The notes below the pieces were generated by a model. That model was not told the DNA's origin and did no database searches. It saw nothing but the letters and a program-made list of their open reading frames with translations. This document shows, in pieces, positions 33,894 to 43,830 of a stretch of 64,000 nt of DNA. The stretch comes from Cyanophyceae cyanobacterium (GTDB lineage Bacteria > Cyanobacteriota > Cyanobacteriia > Cyanobacteriales > Laspinemataceae), in the NCBI GenBank assembly GCA_038321985.1, contig JBBQFN010000009.1, positions 1 through 64,000 of the forward strand, in the 5' to 3' direction. The translations under genes and the position numbers were made by a program. Numbering within the stretch: the first letter of the stretch is position 1; every line of letters begins with the position of its first letter.

Positions 33894-34007
33894 ACAATTG
33901 GGTCTAAAGTAGGGATTTACAAAAAACCTGGAGTGGGGACAGCAATTTCCCAGCGGTCACAAAACAGGGTAACCTAAGCGGTGTTAATCCAGTCCGCCAT
34001 GATTGCC

Positions 34008-34685
34008 ATGTTAGATATCCAAACGTTAATTCATGAAATTCAGCAAGAAGCACAACGGACTGAATTTCCCCTGGATGAACCCGTTTATGAAAAAGCGGGT
34101 GCAGACCCAACCCAACCCATTCTCTATGCTGGAAATTTACAAAGTCAGTTATGCATCTTTGGCCGAGATTTGGGCAAAGATGAAGTAGCGACTCGGCAGC
34201 CGTTATATGGTGCAGCGGGTTCCCTGGTTCGTAAAGGGCTTTATCGTACCCTTTTTAACCAGGAGGCGAGTAACAAAACTGAGTTAGAAAAGGTTCTGGA
34301 TAGGGTTTTACTCACCAATACAGTCCCCTACAAACCCCCGGGAAATAAAGCTTATAGCACTGCCATTAAAAATCGCTTTCGGCCTTATATTGAGCGCTTT
34401 CTCGTCTGCCACTGGCAAGGAAATCGCCTCATTACCCTAGGAAATGATGCCTTTGACTGGTTTGCTCCCTATGCGCCAAAAGGGACTCTGAAAGCGTTTT
34501 TTCAGCGAGGCGATCGCTACAGTTCCAGCCAAACCATTACCCTACAGACTCAAGATTCCGAAGGCATTTTACATCAGCGCAGCATCACTCTACTACCCCT
34601 CCCTCATCCCTCCCCCCTCAACCAGAGATACTACGCTCAATTTCCGCAACTGCTACAGCAGCGCCTGAGTGACATTTTCGGGTGA
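34008..34685 (+). CDS. Uracil-DNA glycosylase superfamily protein
   Basis: GRDLGKDE..PLYGAAG, LTNTVPYKPPGN, ITLG, LPHPSPLN; exact start uncertain (33981-34008). Confidence 0.82.
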   Translation: MLDIQTLIHEIQQEAQRTEFPLDEPVYEKAGADPTQPILYAGNLQSQLCIFGRDLGKDEVATRQPLYGAAGSLVRKGLYRTLFNQEASNKTELEKVLDRVLLTNTVPYKPPGNKAYSTAIKNRFRPYIERFLVCHWQGNRLITLGNDAFDWFAPYAPKGTLKAFFQRGDRYSSSQTITLQTQDSEGILHQRSITLLPLPHPSPLNQRYYAQFPQLLQQRLSDIFG

Positions 34686-34893
34686 TATTTGCTTATCGGT
34701 TATTTGCGACGGGTTCAACCTCCAATTACCCACCCGTAAACTGCGATGAAGTTTTACAAAGATTCAGGGACCCTGCCACCCCTGAAACTTGGGTAGTTTC
34801 ACTGAAGCATTTCGGGCCAACTTTATCATATCTTTATAAATGAGATTCAAGAATTTATGAAAAGTTTAAAAGCTAAATAGCGGAGATAGAGTA

Positions 34894-35100
34894 ATGACAA
34901 CCCTAACCTACGGTTTCAATCCTTCCTTCTTACCCTTCAACGACCGCGATCGGGAAGCCCTCAATTCCATGTTTGAAGGCATCGAAGGCGACCCTCTAGG
35001 GGACCTAGAAACCGTCTTGACTGAATCCTTTGGTGCAAGACCCCAAAAGAGCAGTAGGGTCCGTCAACCCTCTCCAGTAAATGGCTACCCGCTCAGGTGA
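34894..35100 (+). CDS. Small hypothetical protein (68 aa)
   Basis: ATG preceded by GGAG; fills the gap between the UDG gene and mutS2. Confidence 0.55.
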   Translation: MTTLTYGFNPSFLPFNDRDREALNSMFEGIEGDPLGDLETVLTESFGARPQKSSRVRQPSPVNGYPLR

Positions 35101-35257
35101 ACTCTTCAATCCAACCTACTCCCATCCCCGAATTTAGGGTCTCAGCATTCCTGAGACAGGGATCCCATCTTGAGGGACTGAGGCACCCGACTTTCCTCAC
35201 TCCCCTAAGCTACGATTAGGATAGATATTTCCCAAGTTCCTATTTAGCTTTGAAGCA

Positions 35258-37690
35258 TTGATTCAGTCTGAGACCTTAGAACTCCTAGAATGGCCGCGCC
35301 TGTGCCAGCACCTAGCAACATTTGCTGGGACCAAGCTGGGAGCAATGGCTGCCGGTGACCTCCCAATTCCTGAGACATTGGAGCAGACATTGGCCCTGCT
35401 TGCTCAAACCAAAGAAGTTTATGAGCTAGAAAATCAGGGATTGGTTACCCTATCCTTTGATGGCATCCATGATATTGGGGATTCCCTAGAACGTGCTGAT
35501 TTGCATGGCATCTTATCGGCAGAGGAACTGTTGGCGATCGCCCATACCCTCTCCGGTGCTAGACAACTGCGACGGATGATCGACGATCATCCGTCATTGT
35601 CTGTCCTCAATCGTCTCGTTGCCGATCTGCGAACCTATCCAGATATCGAAAAGGAAATCCATCGCTGCATCGACGATCGCGCTCAAGTGGCCGATCGCGC
35701 CAGCACCCTGTTAGGAGAAATTCGCCAGCGTCAGCACTCCATTCGAGACCAGATTTATCAGAAATTGCAGAGTATTTTGCAACGGCATAGCAACGCCGTC
35801 CAGGAACAGCTAATCACCAAACGGAGCGATCGCTTTGTGATCCCCGTAAAATCCCCCCAAAAAGATGCCATTCCCGGCATCGTTCACGATAGTTCTATGA
35901 GTGGCGCTACCCTCTATGTAGAACCCCATAGCATCGTCGAACTCAACAACAAAGCGCGGGTGCTGCTGCGGCAAGAAAAAGCCGAAGAAGAAGCCATTTT
36001 GCGGGCATTAACCGAGAAAATTACCGAAGTCGTTGAAGATTTAGAGCGGTTATTGGCGATCGTCACCGTCCTGGATCTAGCAACCGCCCGTGCTCGGTAC
36101 AGTTACTGGTTAAATGCCAACCCTCCGAGTTTTATTACCCGAGGGGAAGAATCCTATGCCCAAATGATTACGCTGAGGCAACTGCGCCATCCCCTCCTCG
36201 TCTGGCAACAACAGCAGGAAGACGGAAATGCCGTTGTCCCCGTTGATTTAATTGTTCAACCTCAAATTCGAGTCGTTGCCATCACCGGGCCCAACACCGG
36301 AGGAAAAACCGTGACCCTGAAAACCTTGGGGTTAGGGGTACTGATGGCAAAAGTGGGATTGTTCGTGCCTGCACGAGAACCTGTGGAACTGCCTTGGTTT
36401 GACTTCGTGCTCGCCGATATTGGAGACGAACAGTCCCTGGAACAAAGCCTTTCCACCTTTTCCGGTCATATTCGCCGGATAACGCGGATTCTGGCAAGTT
36501 GTACCCCCGAGTCCCTGGTGTTGCTGGATGAAGTGGGGGCCGGAACTGACCCCACCGAAGGCAGTGCCTTGGCGATCGCCCTGTTGCATCATCTGGCGGA
36601 TTGTGCCCAGTTAACCATCGCCACCACCCACTATGGCGAACTCAAGGCCCTCAAATACGAAGATGAGCGCTTTGAAAATGCCTCGGTAGAGTTTGATGAA
36701 GCCACCTTGCAACCGACCTATCGCTTACTATGGGGGATTCCTGGACGTTCTAATGCTTTAACCATTGCCCGCCGTCTCGGGTTGAACGCTGAAATCGTGG
36801 ATCAGGCGGCGAATTTAGTCGCACCCACGGGCACCCAAGACGTGGATCGGGTGATTGCGGGGTTAGAAAATCAAAGACGACAGCAAGAAACCAAGGCAAA
36901 AGAAGCAGGTCAATTACTGGGGGAAACCGAACGCCTGTATCGGGAAGTCGCGGACAAAGCGCAGTCTTTGAAAGAACGGGAACGGCAATTACAGCAGTCC
37001 CAGGAACGGGCAGTTGCTGAGGCGATCGCCCTGGCTAAGGAAGAAATTGCCCAAGTGATTCGGCGCTTGCAGCAAGGCAACGTCACCGGACAAGATGCAA
37101 ATCAAGCAACCCAGAACTTACAGGGGATTGCGGAAAAACATTTGCCATCCCGTCAGCAAAAAGTGGCTAAACCGAAACCCGGATTTCATCCTAAATCCGG
37201 CGATCGGGTGCGGATTCCCCAAATTGGACAAACTGGCGAAGTCCTAGCAGTCTCAGAAGGGGAAACGGAAGTCACTGTGCGCTTTGGATTAATGAAAATG
37301 ACCGTAGGGATTACAGAAATAGAATCCCTGGATGGTCAAAAAGTGGAACTCCCGCCGAAAAAACCGGCATCCACCCAAACCGCCAAAGTGTCCCCCGCAG
37401 CAGAGGCAGCAACCGATAAGGTAGCAGCACAAGCACCTATAGTCCGAACATCTCGAAATAATATCGATATCCGAGGTGCCCGAGTCTCGGATGCGGAAAT
37501 CGAACTCGAACAGGCGATCGCCCAACAAATTCCCCTAGGCGGTGCCTTATGGATTGTTCACGGTAAAGGAACAGGCAAATTGCGCCAAGGGGTTCAGGAG
37601 TTCTTGAAACAACATCCCCAAATTAGTCACTACGAACTAGCCACTCAAAATGAGGGCGGTTCCGGTGTTACAATTGCGTATCTTAAATAG
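35258..37690 (+). CDS. mutS2: Endonuclease MutS2
   Basis: ITGPNTGGKT Walker A, DIGDEQSLEQSLSTFSGH, LLDEVGAGTDP, C-terminal Smr domain (IVHGKGTGKLR). Confidence 0.96.
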   Translation: MIQSETLELLEWPRLCQHLATFAGTKLGAMAAGDLPIPETLEQTLALLAQTKEVYELENQGLVTLSFDGIHDIGDSLERADLHGILSAEELLAIAHTLSGARQLRRMIDDHPSLSVLNRLVADLRTYPDIEKEIHRCIDDRAQVADRASTLLGEIRQRQHSIRDQIYQKLQSILQRHSNAVQEQLITKRSDRFVIPVKSPQKDAIPGIVHDSSMSGATLYVEPHSIVELNNKARVLLRQEKAEEEAILRALTEKITEVVEDLERLLAIVTVLDLATARARYSYWLNANPPSFITRGEESYAQMITLRQLRHPLLVWQQQQEDGNAVVPVDLIVQPQIRVVAITGPNTGGKTVTLKTLGLGVLMAKVGLFVPAREPVELPWFDFVLADIGDEQSLEQSLSTFSGHIRRITRILASCTPESLVLLDEVGAGTDPTEGSALAIALLHHLADCAQLTIATTHYGELKALKYEDERFENASVEFDEATLQPTYRLLWGIPGRSNALTIARRLGLNAEIVDQAANLVAPTGTQDVDRVIAGLENQRRQQETKAKEAGQLLGETERLYREVADKAQSLKERERQLQQSQERAVAEAIALAKEEIAQVIRRLQQGNVTGQDANQATQNLQGIAEKHLPSRQQKVAKPKPGFHPKSGDRVRIPQIGQTGEVLAVSEGETEVTVRFGLMKMTVGITEIESLDGQKVELPPKKPASTQTAKVSPAAEAATDKVAAQAPIVRTSRNNIDIRGARVSDAEIELEQAIAQQIPLGGALWIVHGKGTGKLRQGVQEFLKQHPQISHYELATQNEGGSGVTIAYLK

Positions 37691-37841
37691 GGAATGGGAA
37701 AGCGCAAGGATGAAGAATGAAGGATGGATCTACCTCTAGTCTCCTCCCTTTAGTAAGAGGAGGGGGCCGGAGGTGGCTTTCTCGTGATTGCAGTAAGTCC
37801 CCCCATCTCCCCTATTTTTTTCCCAATCTCAGAGGTTCACG

Positions 37842-38480
37842 ATGCGCCAGACCCTAAAATTAGCTCCCCCGGGTCAACCTAACGGTGTCGCTAACAAAGC
37901 CGCACCCACTGTTTCTTCTCCCCCTTGGGAGGAAGGGGTGGGTGTGAATGCACCGACCCCGGCACAGTTGGATAACATTAAAACTCAGTTAGATTTAGTC
38001 TTGTTGGCCCTGGAATGCTTGGCTGACATAGGTTCAGAAGCTATTCTGCGAACAGCACAGGAGTTGGGACTCGAAGCGGTGGTAGCCGATCGCGTTTCAT
38101 TGTGGCGACTGCGCCAGTCGAATCCCCTGCGTAAAAGTCAGGGGGGCCGCAAAAAGCTGGATGTGGAAGAAGCGCGATCGCTGGTGCTGATTATTTGCCA
38201 CCTCGCTAAAGCCCACCAGGAACTAATCCGGCGTGGCGTGGCCCTGCTGGAACAGCTTGCTGAACAAAACCGCCCCCCTCATGAAGCGTCTATGTTGGGC
38301 GACTTTATGGATACATTTTGCAACACCTACCAAGAACGCATGGAAGATGGAGAAACCACCTCCCCGGACTTGTTGACTCACTTAGCGCTCAAACTCCTCA
38401 TTGATTTACTCTTTTACAGCGGTCCCAGCGGTCATCGGCGGCTGTGGTTGGCGTTGCTAGATCGCTCCGTCAGTCGCTAA
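37842..38480 (+). CDS. DUF3038 domain protein
   Basis: LDLVLLALE, DRVSLWRLRQSNPLR, LDVEEARSLV, LLIDLLFYSG..RLW. Confidence 0.85.
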   Translation: MRQTLKLAPPGQPNGVANKAAPTVSSPPWEEGVGVNAPTPAQLDNIKTQLDLVLLALECLADIGSEAILRTAQELGLEAVVADRVSLWRLRQSNPLRKSQGGRKKLDVEEARSLVLIICHLAKAHQELIRRGVALLEQLAEQNRPPHEASMLGDFMDTFCNTYQERMEDGETTSPDLLTHLALKLLIDLLFYSGPSGHRRLWLALLDRSVSR

Positions 38481-38517
38481 CGATTTATTCAGAACTATAA
38501 CCCCTCAAAACTTCCTC

Positions 38518-40368
38518 ATGCCATCGTTCAATTCTGTTTTGCGAAGGTACACGCCCCCCACTTGCACCCTAGAGATTGCAGCCAAAAGCTCCCCTCTCTC
38601 CAAGTGGATGGGCAAACCTGTCCTCAAACAATTGCGGTTTCAACTCAGTTTTGATGCCCCTCAATTACCCGAGGAAAAACAAGTCACGATTCGCGGCGAC
38701 GCCCGGGCATTGGAGGCTTTGTCTGATGCCGTCACGAATTATGTTCAGGACTTTGTGCAGCAGTCGCCCCAACGCCTCAATGCGACCTATTTCGCTTCAG
38801 AAGCTGACGCCACCTCTACGCCGTCAGAAATCCATACGGAGATTACAGAACCCACCACTCGCTTACAATCTCCTCACCCGGGCCCGGATGAAAAACGGTT
38901 CGAGGGTTTCCCAACTCTGCCCCAGGCTGAAGGGTCTTTGAATTTTCAAACCCCTGTTCCCCTTCTCGGCATTTACTTGAAACCCCGGGGATTACTCGCT
39001 CATGAGTTGTATTTCGGCGAACTCGCCACCCCAGAATCTGGCGAAGTGGTAAATCTGGGAACGTTGCAATTATTTGATTTAGCAACGGCCCTAGATTCCG
39101 CAGCAGCCGATGCGATCGCCTTGCCCAACTTAGGCGGAGTAGCCGGATTATCAAAGACTCCTCCTTGGATGGCGATCGCAGCGATGGCCCTCTTTACGGT
39201 GGGCGTCAGTACCTCCCTGCTTAAACTGCTCAATCCCCCGGCAGAAGTCGCTACACCAACAGTAGCTCAAAGCCCGGTAGCACCCTCACCCGAACAGGAT
39301 TTGGCCCCGGTTCTCCCTCCAGTCGCCCCCCCTGGGGCTATTCCCCCAGGCCAGAATCCAGCCAGAACTGGAGTCCAGACCCCTCCGAAGGGGCCACAGC
39401 CATCAGCCTTACCCCCGACTGCGGCTACTTCTCCTCCGGTTCCGACCGTAGCGCCTCCTATGGGCGTGATTTCCCCTCCTGCACCCCAGGGGAGACCTAC
39501 TACTCCTCCTCCGGCATCCCCTCCTGTGGCATCAGCACCAATGCCAGCGGCAACGCCTCAACCCAGACCCAGTGGCTTGCAGATGCCACCGGCTTCGGAA
39601 CGGCGCGATCGCTCCCAGGTAGAGTTGGAAATTGTGCCCGACGACTCGGACCCCATGCCGCCAATGCGTCCAATGCCTTCTATGCCGGAAGACCCCATGC
39701 CGGAACCCCCGGATTGGGATGCACTGATGGGACGGGTGCAAAATTCTACCCCTGCACCGGAACCGAGTTTCGCCCCCATGCCCACTGCACCGGAAATGGC
39801 TGATTCTCCTCCACAGATGCAGCGCGAAAGCAATCCCGCAACAGCATCTGCCCCGGCTCCTGAATTGCCCAATGTGGCCGCTCTAAATGATGCACCGCCT
39901 CCTCTGCCGAATGTGCGTCTAGAGTCGTCTGCACCCATAACCGAAGAATCTGAGAGTCTGCTATCGGAAGCAGAAGGGATTGATGCGATCGCCCTGAAAG
40001 CGCCTCCGACTGACTTACCTGATTCAGCGTCGCAATCCAGTGCAGGCCCTGCCCCCGAGGAGAGTGCCGCCCGGAGTCAATCCGTCTTTGACGATCCGCC
40101 CCAATTAGCAGAGGCAAAGGATTATTTCCAAGAAACCTGGCAACCCCCCCAAGGGTTTAAGGACAAGTTGGAATATGTCCTTAACCTGAATCCCGACGGT
40201 TCGATTCAGCAAATCGTCCCCTTGGGGATAGCCTCCCAAACCCACCTCAATATGAGTGGCGTGCCATTGCAGGGTACCCCGTTTGTCTCTCCGTTACCTG
40301 AGGCCAAGTCTCTACAAATTCGGGTAGTCCTCGAACCCGATGGTCGCGTCTTGACTTTTGCCCAATAA
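38518..40368 (+). CDS. DUF4335 domain protein with TM helix and Pro-rich region
   Basis: RRYTPPTCTLEI, LQLFDLATALD, C-terminal YFQETWQPP..LEY; follows DUF3038. Confidence 0.82.
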   Translation: MPSFNSVLRRYTPPTCTLEIAAKSSPLSKWMGKPVLKQLRFQLSFDAPQLPEEKQVTIRGDARALEALSDAVTNYVQDFVQQSPQRLNATYFASEADATSTPSEIHTEITEPTTRLQSPHPGPDEKRFEGFPTLPQAEGSLNFQTPVPLLGIYLKPRGLLAHELYFGELATPESGEVVNLGTLQLFDLATALDSAAADAIALPNLGGVAGLSKTPPWMAIAAMALFTVGVSTSLLKLLNPPAEVATPTVAQSPVAPSPEQDLAPVLPPVAPPGAIPPGQNPARTGVQTPPKGPQPSALPPTAATSPPVPTVAPPMGVISPPAPQGRPTTPPPASPPVASAPMPAATPQPRPSGLQMPPASERRDRSQVELEIVPDDSDPMPPMRPMPSMPEDPMPEPPDWDALMGRVQNSTPAPEPSFAPMPTAPEMADSPPQMQRESNPATASAPAPELPNVAALNDAPPPLPNVRLESSAPITEESESLLSEAEGIDAIALKAPPTDLPDSASQSSAGPAPEESAARSQSVFDDPPQLAEAKDYFQETWQPPQGFKDKLEYVLNLNPDGSIQQIVPLGIASQTHLNMSGVPLQGTPFVSPLPEAKSLQIRVVLEPDGRVLTFAQ

Positions 40369-40392
40369 TCTGACATAATAAAGGATTACTTT

Positions 40393-40437
40393 AAAATAGG
40401 GAGATTGACCCTCAGCGCGTCAGTCTCCCTATTTTTT
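40393..40437 (+). terminator. Rho-independent terminator
   Basis: AAAATAGGGAGATTGAC...GTCAGTCTCCCTATTTTTT. Confidence 0.8.
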
Positions 40438-40637
40438 GGAAAAAATAGAAATTGATACAAAACTTTACATTCAGTTAATTTACATTGTAAGGTTAAACAA
40501 GATTTAAACTCTACACCTAATTTTCTGATAAGAAAAATGCAAATTAAGTATATAAAGGTTCCAACTTTGAAAATTCTTTCAAAAAAACTAAGGGGTGAGG
40601 GGTGACACCCCCCATCAACCGTGTTATATTAAATTCT

Positions 40638-40686
40638 GTAGATGCACCCTGATGGCAAGCGCCCAAGCTTTTGGGCGTTTTTTTTT
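40638..40686 (+). ncRNA. Candidate ~50-nt small RNA
   Basis: GTGACA-N17-TATATT promoter (40602-40630), then GTAGATGCACCCTGATGGC and terminator AAGCGCCCAA-GCTT-TTGGGCGTTTTTTTTT. Confidence 0.5.
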
Positions 40687-40810
40687 GCCTAAATTTGGGA
40701 AAGGCTTTGTGGTAAGGGTGAGGTTGGTGCAGGCGATCGCCTGCACTGTGTCATCAAACCCGATAAAATCGGGAACGCTGAGATTAACCCCTGGTTTTAC
40801 CCACCGCCTT

Positions 40811-41926
40811 ATGATTGCTATTGAAGAAGTAGTGAATGCACTCGATCGCCGAGACTATCGAGAAGCGGCAAAATTACTCAAAGCCCTGCGTCAAGAGTCA
40901 CCCCAGAATCCTTGGGTAGGGTTTTATGTTGGCCGATATTATGAAGAAACGGGGAAACTGGATACAGCGGAGAAAGCCTACCGGCAGGTCCTGCGAGATG
41001 TAACCAATCCCAAGATTGTTTCCCAGGCGCGGCAGGGGTTAAAGCGCATCGAAACCCTACCGAAAGAACGAGTTAAGCAGGCGATCGCCCAAGTCAAAAG
41101 CGATCCTTCCCAGCTTAAACCCGGGTTACTGGTGATTGAACCCATCGATTTAGAACAAAGAAGCGAACTGGTGCTCAAGTTTGCCCGGATTATGCAGCTA
41201 CAACCCTATAACGCCAAACTGTTGCTGCCGACAAGAACCTGGCGGATGTACCGAACCGGGGCGATCGGGGAACTGCGGGTCTTTGTAGAGGAACTTAGAC
41301 AAGCGGGAATCCATTGTTTTTGTGCCACCCGAGAGCAAATTAATCAAGTGCGGGTGTTCCGCATCAGCCATTTTGAAGCTATCTCTCCCCAAGCCGTCGT
41401 GATTTGCAAAGACGAAGGCGATCGCCTCGGTCAATTAGCCTTTAATTGGTCCGAAGTCAGCCAACAAGTAGAAGGCAACCTCCCCATTTTCAAACAAATA
41501 GCCGTTGAAAACCATCGACGCACCGAAGTCACTTACAAACAAGAAATCCACGAATATGTCGGCATGAAAGACTTGCACCTACCCGGGAGAGGCTGCATCC
41601 TACGCCTGTGCGAAGAAAAATATGAATTTGACAAAGGATTTCCCTTTATTCCCGGACAAGACCAAACCGGAAAAGTGAGAAAGTTCGGAATTGATAGCAT
41701 GAGTATGCACTTAAAATGGCAAACCCTCATCAAAATTCTGAAACAACAACTCGGTGAAGTCCCCAGTTGGTCAGATTTTACCCCCTTCGCCGAAACCACA
41801 ATCACCGAAGCGGATATGCTAGAGCGCATTTCTTCTCACATTGAGATATTTAGAGTGCAACCTAGTGTCTGGGATCCAGCCTTTCACTTGTATAGCAGCC
41901 TGGTTTTTCTTAAACCCTATTTGTAA
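40811..41926 (+). CDS. Tetratricopeptide-repeat protein
   Basis: N-terminal TPR-like helices (DYREAAKLL..AEKAYRQVLR); ATG 40811 chosen because the longer ORF would cross the 40657-40686 terminator. Confidence 0.8.
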   Translation: MIAIEEVVNALDRRDYREAAKLLKALRQESPQNPWVGFYVGRYYEETGKLDTAEKAYRQVLRDVTNPKIVSQARQGLKRIETLPKERVKQAIAQVKSDPSQLKPGLLVIEPIDLEQRSELVLKFARIMQLQPYNAKLLLPTRTWRMYRTGAIGELRVFVEELRQAGIHCFCATREQINQVRVFRISHFEAISPQAVVICKDEGDRLGQLAFNWSEVSQQVEGNLPIFKQIAVENHRRTEVTYKQEIHEYVGMKDLHLPGRGCILRLCEEKYEFDKGFPFIPGQDQTGKVRKFGIDSMSMHLKWQTLIKILKQQLGEVPSWSDFTPFAETTITEADMLERISSHIEIFRVQPSVWDPAFHLYSSLVFLKPYL

Positions 41927-42035
41927 TAAAATTTAATGTATCCCAACGCGGGAACTGGGATACCCAGTTTGATAGTGGCAGTGCCTCATCAATATGATAT
42001 ACTAATCAATAAACTTTACGCTTGCGCGAATCATC

Positions 42036-42785
42036 ATGTTAGCTAAATCCACCACTTACAGGATCACCTGGGAAAAGTTACCCGATGATTTTTTGCTGAC
42101 CGATGACCCCGTGGATAATATCAATCAAGCGACTCTTGCGGCCGCCTTAACCGAAAGTTTGGAGTTGGCAGGAAAACTTCCAGAAACTGCCCTCACGCCC
42201 ACCAATTACGGCATTTGTGCTACACTCAATGGCAAATTCGTCGTCAAAGCACCCGATTGGGCGTACATTCCCCATATTACTGTCAAACGCTCCGAAGTCG
42301 TTCGGAGTTATACCCCGAGACTGCAAGGAGAAATTCCCACCCTAGTCTTGGAGTTTTTATCAGAAACAGAAGGGGGAGAATATTCTATAAAAGAAACCTA
42401 TCCTCCGGGAAAATACTTCTACTACGAGCAGATTTTACAAGTTCCAAATTATGGCATTTTTGAATTAGAAACAGGGATACTAGAACTCTATCATTTAGGA
42501 GAAAATAAGCGGTATCAACTGGAATCAGCCAATGAAGAAAGCCGCTATTGGATTCCGGAAATGCAGCTATTTCTAGGAGTCTGGGAAGGACAACGAGAAA
42601 ATCGTCCCGGATACTGGCTACGCTGGTGGGATGAAGAGGGGAATTTACTCTTCTGGAGTACAGAACGGGTTGAACAGGAACAGCAACGGACTGAGCAGGA
42701 ACGCCAACGGGCTGAGCAGGAACACCAACGGGCTGAGCGGTTAGCGGCCCAACTTCGGGCGGCGGGAATTGAACCAGCCGAGTAG
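42036..42785 (+). CDS. Uma2 family (PD-(D/E)XK) endonuclease
   Basis: WEKLPDDF, KAPDWAY, VLEFLSET, YEQILQVPNY, WLRWWD, coiled-coil tail ending RAERLAAQLRAAGIEP. Confidence 0.9.
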   Translation: MLAKSTTYRITWEKLPDDFLLTDDPVDNINQATLAAALTESLELAGKLPETALTPTNYGICATLNGKFVVKAPDWAYIPHITVKRSEVVRSYTPRLQGEIPTLVLEFLSETEGGEYSIKETYPPGKYFYYEQILQVPNYGIFELETGILELYHLGENKRYQLESANEESRYWIPEMQLFLGVWEGQRENRPGYWLRWWDEEGNLLFWSTERVEQEQQRTEQERQRAEQEHQRAERLAAQLRAAGIEPAE

Positions 42786-42893
42786 TTTTAGAGTTGTGGA
42801 TTAGGTTTTTTTCTAGCTAAAAAGACTTGCTCCACAACTCCTATCCCAAAGCGGGGATAAGCTTTAAAAACACCAGAAACACTTTCCTTGCCT

Positions 42894-43045
42894 AATATTA
42901 CAGATTGACAAGTGAATAAAAAGGCGAGCGCTATTTCACCCCTTTTCCAATATTACAAATTGACAAGGGCAGGAAAGTTGCGATCGCTGTTTTAACCGTC
43001 CCAAGCATTACCGATTGACAATGGCATGAAAGGGGCGATCGCTCC
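42894..43045 (+). repeat. Three 55-bp tandem repeats containing TTGACA and a HIP1(-like) site
   Basis: Units start 42894, 42949, 43004: ATTAC-N-RATTGACAA...GCGA(T/G)CGCT. Confidence 0.85.
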
Positions 43046-43147
43046 TCTTATTATCCCGAATCCCTTTTCTATCCATTTTCGAGCGAATTCTCCATCAACT
43101 GAGTTAAAATAACAAATAGAAGATTAACCGATTTAGGAGAATAAACC

Positions 43148-43468
43148 ATGAGACAACTCTCTGAAACCGAGCGTACACCGCGTCGAGGCAGAGTCTTTCC
43201 CGATAGTAACTACTCTCCTGAAGAACTCGCTCAACGTAAAGCAGAAAGGGATGCTTTATGGCAACGTTGCCATCAAATATTTGAACGAGTTAAACCAGAT
43301 TTGATTGAGAATTACTACGACTGGTTTATGGTCATCGAACCCGAAAGCGGTGACTATTTCATTGATAAGGACCAAAACGTAGCCGAACAAAAAGCTGATG
43401 AAAAGCATCCCCACGCCCAAGGGGTTATTTTCTGCATCAACGAAACGGGAGCCTGTGCAAAAGTATGA
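43148..43468 (+). CDS. Small hypothetical protein (DUF5678-like partner of aspartyl proteases)
   Basis: AGGAG RBS; RRGRVFP, YYDWFMVIEPESGDYFID, INETGAC; ATGA overlap with the next gene. Confidence 0.8.
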   Translation: MRQLSETERTPRRGRVFPDSNYSPEELAQRKAERDALWQRCHQIFERVKPDLIENYYDWFMVIEPESGDYFIDKDQNVAEQKADEKHPHAQGVIFCINETGACAKV

Positions 43469-43830
43469 TTGTAGGGGATTTCACCCCCAAGGGAGAATTA
43501 GTTTTCGATCTCGATCTAGTTGCTGCTGATAATACCTTAATTTACGTGGAAGCGCTCTTCGATACCGGCTTTACAGAGTGGTTACTCATCAACGATCGAG
43601 ATGCCATTGCACTCGGATGGAAGCGTAACACCAAACCGATCGCGGTTCAAACTGCTGGAGGTCAAACGGTCTTCAATCTTTATCGCGGTCTCGTGATTTT
43701 AGACGGGGAGGAATTCACGATTCCTGTTTTGGGGGGAGACAAAACGACCGACATTCTCTTGGGTGTGAAGTGGTTGCGATATAAACGGCTGGTTGCGGAT
43801 TTAGCCGCCCGGGTACTGACGTTGGAGTAG
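43465..43830 (+). CDS. Clan AA (retropepsin-like) aspartyl protease
   Basis: ALFDTGFT catalytic DTG motif, TAGG flap-like segment, ILLG motif. Confidence 0.85.
   Translation: MIVGDFTPKGELVFDLDLVAADNTLIYVEALFDTGFTEWLLINDRDAIALGWKRNTKPIAVQTAGGQTVFNLYRGLVILDGEEFTIPVLGGDKTTDILLGVKWLRYKRLVADLAARVLTLE

Noticed and set aside
40595..40810. N-terminal extension of the TPR ORF from GTG 40595
   Set aside because: It crosses a promoter and a strong intrinsic terminator; ATG 40811 is more plausible.
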